A stretch of 64,000 bases of DNA from Thermoanaerobaculia bacterium (GTDB taxonomy: Bacteria; Acidobacteriota; Thermoanaerobaculia; UBA5066): the NCBI GenBank assembly GCA_035542215.1, contig DATKLW010000082.1, forward strand, positions 1,733 to 65,732, given 5' to 3'. The position numbers were made by a program, and so were the translations under genes. Below the pieces are notes generated by a model. That model made no database searches. It was not told the DNA's origin and worked only from the letters and a program-made list of their open reading frames with translations. Below, in pieces: positions 58,953 through 64,000 of the stretch. Position 1 is the first letter of the stretch. Every line of letters starts with the position of its first letter.

Positions 58953-61246
58953 GGGCAGGCCCGCACGGGCAGCTCGAGGGCGAACACGGCGCCGCCCCCC
59001 GGATGCGATTCGGCCCGCAGCGACCCGCCGTGGTCGAGCGCGATGCGCCGGGAGATCGCGAGGCCCATGCCCGCGCTCTCGCGCCGCGTCGAGAAGAACG
59101 GCTCGAAGATCCGCTCGGTCAGGTCGCTCGCGATCGGAGGCCCTTCGTTGTGGAACCGGAGGACGACGCGATCGCCGGCGGTGTTCCGCGTCGCCGAGAT
59201 CGAGACCCGCCCGCCCGGCGGCGAGTACGAGATCGCGTTCTGGATCAGGTTCAGGAGGACCTGGTGGATCTGGTCCTCGTCGACGAAGACGTCCGGAAGG
59301 CCCTCTTCGAACGCCGTCGTGATCCGCAGCGACTTCTCCGCGGCGAGGCCGCGGTTCAGCGTGGCGGCGGCCTCGATGAGCCCGGCCACCGCGAAGGGGC
59401 CGGGCTGGAGGGGCCGCCTCGAGGCGAGGAGCTGAAGTTGCCGCACGAGGCGGTCCATCCGAAGGACGTCTCCGTGGATGACCTCGAACGTCCGCCGCTG
59501 CTCCGCGTCGAGCGCGAGCTCCTCCATGAGGAGCTGGATCCCGCTGCTGATCGCAAAGAGGGGGTTCTTGACTTCGTGCGCGATGTTCGCCGCGATCTCG
59601 CCGATGGCCGCGAGCGTCTGCTGCTCCTGCAGCCGCTTCTGCTGGGCGAGGAGATCCGTGATGTCCCGCTCGATGCAGACGAAGCTCGTGAGGTTCCCGA
59701 AGGCGTCGCGGACGGGCGTGATCACGGCATCGGCCTCGTAGTGAGTCCCGTCCCTCTTCCGGTTCGTGAAGCGGCCGCGCCATGTCGCGCCCGAGAGGAT
59801 CGTGCGCCAGAGCGTCTCGTAGTGCGCGGCGTCGTGCACCCCGCTGCGGAGAAGCCGCGGGTTCGCTCCGATCGCGGACTCGCGGTCGTAGCCGGTCATC
59901 GCCGTGAACGCCGCGTTCACGTACTGGATCGTCCCGCCCGTGTCCGTGATCACGACGGACTGGGCGACCTGCTCCACGGCCGCCGCGAGCCGCCGGATCT
60001 CGGACTCGACGCGCCGCTGATCCGTCTCGTCCTGGAGCGTCCCGAAGATCCGCACGACCCGGCCGGAAACGTCGAAAACGGCGCTCGCGTGCGCGTGGAT
60101 GTGCCGAATCTCGCCGTCGTTCGGCCGCACGATCCGGTAGAGGAGGTCCGGCGTGAGGACTCCGGCGACGGACCGCTCCATCTCCTGCCGCACGCGCTCG
60201 CGGTCGTCCGCGTGGACGAGGGAGAGCCAGCTCGCGGCGTCGTGGGGAAACCCCGGCGGGACGCCGAACATCTCGTCCACGGTGGACGAGACCGAGAAGG
60301 TGTCGGAGGCCGGGTGGTACGAATACCAGCCGAGCTTCGCGACGCGCTGCGCCTCCGCGAGCCGGTTTTCGCTCGCCTTGAGCGCCGTCTCGCGGACACG
60401 CACCGCCTCCTCCGCCGACTTCTGCTCCGTGATGTCGACGCAGGTGCCGGCCATCCGGAACGGCTTCCCGGCGGCGTCGCGCTCGGCGCTTCCGACGTCG
60501 TGCCACCAGGCGTACCCGCCGTCCGCGCGCCGGATCCGGTACGCGACGTCGTAGGGGACTCCCCTCGAAAGATGGGCGTCGAGCGAGGCCGTCACGGCCC
60601 CGACGTCGTCGGCGTGGACGAGCGCCGCCCAGCCCTCGACGGTCCGTGGGAATCCGCCGGGGGCGAAACCGAGCATCGCGTCGACGAAGGCGGTCCACTC
60701 GATGTCCCCGGACACGAGGTCCCATTCCCAGAGCGCCACGCGCCCGGCGGTCGCCGCGCGGTCGAGCTGCTCCTTTTCTCGGCGCATCGCGGTCTCGGCC
60801 CTGAGGCTCTCCCGCAGCGCGGCTTTCGTGACGTCGCGGACGACCGCGAGCCGCGCGGGGCGCCCCCGGTACGTGCAGTTCCGGCCCCGGGCCTCGACGA
60901 GGACGATCGACCCGTCCTTGCGGACCGCGTGGTGCTCGTAGAGATCCTCGTCGCCCGTCGTCTCCCGCTCGCGGACGAGATCCTGGTGCACCGGGGCGAC
61001 GAAGGTCATCAGGGGCGCCCCGATGAGCTCCTCGCGCGTGTAACCGAGCATCGAAGCGAGACGCGCGTTGGCCTCGACGACGACCTCGTCCTGCGTCAGG
61101 CCGACGCCGTCGAAGGTCGTCTCAGCGAGGAGCTCGAACCAGGCTGCGGAGGCGCGAGGAGCGCTCTCGTCCGCCGGGACCGGACGCACGCCGGCCCCCG
61201 ACCTGCGCCCGCGAGCGCTGGAGACCCTGGTCATGGCCAAGGGCAT
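58949..61246 (-). CDS. Cytoplasmic multi-PAS sensor histidine kinase (about four PAS/PAC units + HisKA + HATPase_c)
   Basis: No TM helices. Repeated PAS/PAC signatures (e.g. WEWDLVSGDIEWT, YRIRRADGGYAWW, YRIVRPNDGEIRHI, TNRKRDGTHYEAD), H-box HEVKNPLFAI, N box NLIQNAISYS, G box AGMGLAI. Confidence 0.9.
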
Positions 61247-61329
61247 CTTACGATGCGCGTCCGCGGCCAGCCGTCGGCGCGGAAATCGAGTGCTTCCCTC
61301 GGGCTTACTCAGAGGACGACCGGGCCGCC

Positions 61330-62307
61330 CTACGGCTCGCTGACGACCTTCCAGGACGGATCGGGATCGTATTCCGTGATCGCCGCGGCCAGCTCACCGG
61401 TCCCCTCGCCGAGGTTCTTCTCGTACACGCGGCCCTGCTGATTGACGATGAACGTCATGACCCCCGAGCTTCCCCATTTGTCGGGGTACGCGATCAGGGC
61501 GAAGCCGGCGATCATGTTGCCGTTGATCACGTAGCCGAACTTCCCGCCCGGCGCGTGGGCTCCCTGGGCCTTGAGGATCCTGAAGAAGTACCCGTGGTAG
61601 GGCGATCTTTTCTTCGCCTCGCCGCTCCTGGCCGCGCCCGGCGTATAGCCTTCGGCCCTCTCCTGCGCGATGAGGCTTCCGAACGGACTCGGCGTCCCCC
61701 CCTCGGGAACCTCCCAGAACAGCCCGTCCCGCGTTCCGGGGGTGCTGATGAAGTGCTGCGCGTAGACGGCGAGCCCGTCGCGGGAGGTATCCCGCGCCTG
61801 GGTGAAGTACTCCCATTGCGCCACCGCGTAAGCGCGGCAGGTCATGACCGCGGAGAGTTCGTTCCGGCCGATCTTCCGGTTGAGGAGCTCGTCGAGGCCC
61901 GCCGCGGTATCGAAGCGCCATTTCCGGCCGTCCCGGACGATCGGGATCGGCGACTGCCAGCGCTCCTCGCCGACGACAAGGACGTACTTCGCGTCGCCGA
62001 CCTTCTCGAGAGCCGCACCCTTCGCGAGCCGTTCGCCGAACCCCTTGAGCGCGGTGGCGTCCGCGACGGCGTCTCCCGTCAGGAGCTTTTCGCGCTCCGG
62101 TCCGTAAATCGCCGCCATCTTCTCCTGGTCCGCGGACTTCACGGCTTCGATCAGCGCCTGCACGGCGTCTTGCGGGGTGGCGAAGGACTTCTGCTTCGGC
62201 GCCTTCGCGTCCGCGGCCGACAGCGCGCTTGCGCACAGGGCACACGCCAGGACGAGCGGGGCGAGGGCGGCCGTTGCGCCACCCGGGATCCTGTTTTCGT
62301 GGTTCAT
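61330..62307 (-). CDS. DUF2950-family secreted protein
   Basis: Signal peptide, then the characteristic C-terminal YHGYFFRILKAQGAHAPGGKFGYVINGNMIAGFALIAYPDKWGSSGVMTFIVNQQGRVYEKNLG. Confidence 0.8.
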   Translation of the reverse strand: MNHENRIPGGATAALAPLVLACALCASALSAADAKAPKQKSFATPQDAVQALIEAVKSADQEKMAAIYGPEREKLLTGDAVADATALKGFGERLAKGAALEKVGDAKYVLVVGEERWQSPIPIVRDGRKWRFDTAAGLDELLNRKIGRNELSAVMTCRAYAVAQWEYFTQARDTSRDGLAVYAQHFISTPGTRDGLFWEVPEGGTPSPFGSLIAQERAEGYTPGAARSGEAKKRSPYHGYFFRILKAQGAHAPGGKFGYVINGNMIAGFALIAYPDKWGSSGVMTFIVNQQGRVYEKNLGEGTGELAAAITEYDPDPSWKVVSEP

Positions 62308-63386
62308 CGGCGCTTCCCTCCCGCAGGCTGGGCTGGCATGGACGGGCGCGGAGGCTGCGCCAGCGCGCGGCTGGCCTGCCCCCGCTGGCTCACCGAGTGC
62401 GTGTCGAATCCGTGAGCGGGTCCGAACGCGGACGTATCCGGCACGTGGACCTGTGAAGCGTGCCCGCGATACTCGTTGAGCTTCGGGTCGTTCGTGTTGA
62501 AGTTCCGGTCCAGGATCTTGTTCTGGACCGCCGCGCGGTCCCGCGAAGGCGGCGGGCTGCCTCCGCCTCGGGCCGTCCGGAAATTGTCGAAGGTCGCGCC
62601 GCGGTGCACGTCATCGAAGCGGCTGAGCGCGCGGTAGTTCACGCTCCGCTGGACGACGTGCTTGTCGACCCGGACGTTTCGAAAGCTGTTGTTGACGTAA
62701 ACGTTGTCGACGTGGACGTAGGGCCGGCTGCGCTCCATCCACCCGTGACCCCGCTCCCAGCCGTGGTAGTAGACGCGATGCCCGCGCCAGTCGAGGTCGT
62801 AGTTGAGCCACGCCCCGATGAGGAAGCGGCTGCGGAAGAACAGCGGCCCGCGGGAGAAGAAGACGACCGCCGGGTCGTATGTCGGCACGTAGAGGTACTG
62901 CGGCTGGGCGGGCCAGAGCTCGATCCCGCCGTCGGCGTCGACGACCTCCATCTCGGGGCTCGTGACGAGGTTGCCCTCCGCCCGCGCCTGCGCGCGGAGG
63001 CGCTGCACCGACGCCATGACGTCCGTCGACTGGCTGACGTAGGCCTGGCCGAGCGCCTCGGTCCAGTCCAGCTTGTCCGCCATCATCTCCAGAACTTCCG
63101 CGTAATGGGCGACCGCCTTGACGCTGACGTCCCAGGGCTCGCCGTCGACGTCGAGCGCGTTGGGGTCGCTGCGGAGGAACCGCGCCGCCTGATCGATCTC
63201 GTCCGGAAACGTCGCGGCCACCAGGACCTGCGCGAGCAGGGGATCCGGATAGAGGGCGACCGGGGCGAGCAGGTTGTCGAGCTGCTCCGGCGAGAAGGGC
63301 TCGGTGCCCGCGTCGTCCTGGGCCGGGAGAGGCCGGGCCAGAACCAGCATCGAAAGTGCGAGCGAAACGGCGAGGTTCCTTCGCAT
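62304..63386 (-). CDS. DUF3300-family secreted protein
   Basis: Signal peptide, then LDNLLAPVALYPDPLLAQVLVAATFPDEI, the hallmark DUF3300 N-terminus. ATGA-coupled to the DUF2950 gene, which is the usual pairing. Confidence 0.8.
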   Translation of the reverse strand: MRRNLAVSLALSMLVLARPLPAQDDAGTEPFSPEQLDNLLAPVALYPDPLLAQVLVAATFPDEIDQAARFLRSDPNALDVDGEPWDVSVKAVAHYAEVLEMMADKLDWTEALGQAYVSQSTDVMASVQRLRAQARAEGNLVTSPEMEVVDADGGIELWPAQPQYLYVPTYDPAVVFFSRGPLFFRSRFLIGAWLNYDLDWRGHRVYYHGWERGHGWMERSRPYVHVDNVYVNNSFRNVRVDKHVVQRSVNYRALSRFDDVHRGATFDNFRTARGGGSPPPSRDRAAVQNKILDRNFNTNDPKLNEYRGHASQVHVPDTSAFGPAHGFDTHSVSQRGQASRALAQPPRPSMPAQPAGGKRR

Positions 63387-63435
63387 GGCGGGCGCGCCCC
63401 CTTGACACGCGGGTCCTACATGCTAGCGCAGCGGA

Positions 63436-63651
63436 TCACTGCCGGGATGCGGCCGCGGCCGTGTTCGGATGCAAGACGAGCTTCTGCACGCGCCAGGAGT
63501 TGACCGCGACGCCGGCGGCCTCTCCCAGGTTCATGTCGGGCGGGAGCTTGAGGGCGTTCGGCACCGATTCGAATGGAATCTCGGGAGGTGCCTGCTGGGC
63601 CGCCGCGAATGAGTGGAACAGGATCGGGATGACGATCCACAACCGTCTCAT
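63436..63651 (-). pseudogene. 71-codon N-terminal fragment resembling secreted NHL-repeat/beta-propeller proteins
   Basis: The ATG at 63651 has GGAGG upstream. A signal peptide MRRLWIVIPILFHSFAAAQQ is followed by IPFESVPNALKLPPDMNLGEAAGVAVNS, the usual lead-in to the first NHL blade. The frame then diverges and stops after 19 more codons, and only 50 nt remain before the next gene. Confidence 0.35.
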
Positions 63652-63825
63652 GTCGCCTCCTGGACCGGGCTCGTCTCGCTTCTTCCGGACGCAAGGATAC
63701 AGCGGCTCACCGCCGCGCCGCGGGAGGAAGGGGGGTGTAGATTGCCGCGAAAGTTGGATGCGTCCAGCTCCCGCTCCACGCGGCGGATCCCGAAATTTCC
63801 TGGAGCGGGAAGAGAGGAAACGCAC

Positions 63826-64000
63826 ATGGAGGAGCGTGGATGGAGCGTGGAGCTGGGCGGCAAACGGCTCGAGCTCCCGCCGATGCCGCAGTTGCCGCGG
63901 TTCCCGCGAGGCGGGGCTCCCCTCATCCTGGGCGTCGCGGCGGCCCTGCTCGGGCTCGTGACGGGGTACTACCAGGTCGAACCGGACGAGGTGGCCGTCG
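63826..64000 (+). CDS. SPFH/HflK-like membrane protein, N-terminal part (continues beyond the window)
   Basis: The ATG at 63826 opens a frame that stays open to the window edge: MEERGWSVELGGKRLELPPMPQLPRFPRGGAPLILGVAAALLGLVTGYYQVEPDEVAV. A TM helix followed by Y.V.PDE.(A/G)V is typical of HflK/band-7 proteins. Confidence 0.45.
   Translation, partial: MEERGWSVELGGKRLELPPMPQLPRFPRGGAPLILGVAAALLGLVTGYYQVEPDEVAV

Overview
High-GC (roughly 70%) chromosomal segment from a diderm bacterium. The gene content (MglA-like GTPase, PATAN/DUF4388, several sigma-54 enhancer-binding regulators, DUF3300/DUF2950 pair, NHL-type fragment) suggests an Acidobacteriota- or Myxococcota-like lineage, but that is inference only. 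I can support about 58 protein-coding genes, one tRNA-Thr, two gene fragments and a handful of promoter/terminator elements. Most long entries in the six-frame track are Arg/Pro/Gly/Asp-rich artefacts lying antisense to, or out of frame with, real genes, and many track ORFs carry spurious 5' extensions. I re-derived starts from conserved N-termini, Shine-Dalgarno motifs and the very frequent 4-nt ATGA/GTGA/TTGA stop-start overlaps.

Layout:
- 1-2.4 kb: ybeY, CNNM and era.
- 2.4-5.4 kb: PilZ protein, MglA-like GTPase with a long C-terminal extension, and an MBL hydrolase.
- 5.4-7.3 kb: vWA operon.
- 7.6-13.7 kb: three GT-C-like polytopic membrane modules sharing a C-terminal domain.
- 13.7-25.4 kb: M20 peptidase, HtrA, and an MdtABC-OMF efflux operon.
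- 25.8-27.4 kb: a membrane-bound HAMP-coupled small alarmone synthetase.
- 27.4-29.5 kb: secreted metalloprotease.
- 29.5-35.8 kb: AAA+ ATPase, thioredoxin-like protein, and a sigma-54 two-component system with a LysE exporter.
- 36.4-39.0 kb: metX-metY behind a terminator-containing leader.
- 39.1-43.6 kb: RRM protein, peptidase, ECF sigma/anti-sigma pair, tRNA-Thr.
- 43.65-57.4 kb: a 15-gene chemosensory-like operon.
- 57.6-61.2 kb: PAS histidine kinase and NtrC-type activator, directly upstream of that operon.
- 61.3-63.4 kb: DUF2950/DUF3300 pair.

The most interesting candidate system is the chemosensory operon. It appears to be sigma-54-driven and combines a complete Che core with a split PatA-like REC plus PATAN-GAF pair, two coiled-coil-GAF paralogs, two stand-alone periplasmic Cache-like paralogs and a terminal EAL phosphodiesterase. 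No CRISPR array, transposase, integrase or rRNA was seen.
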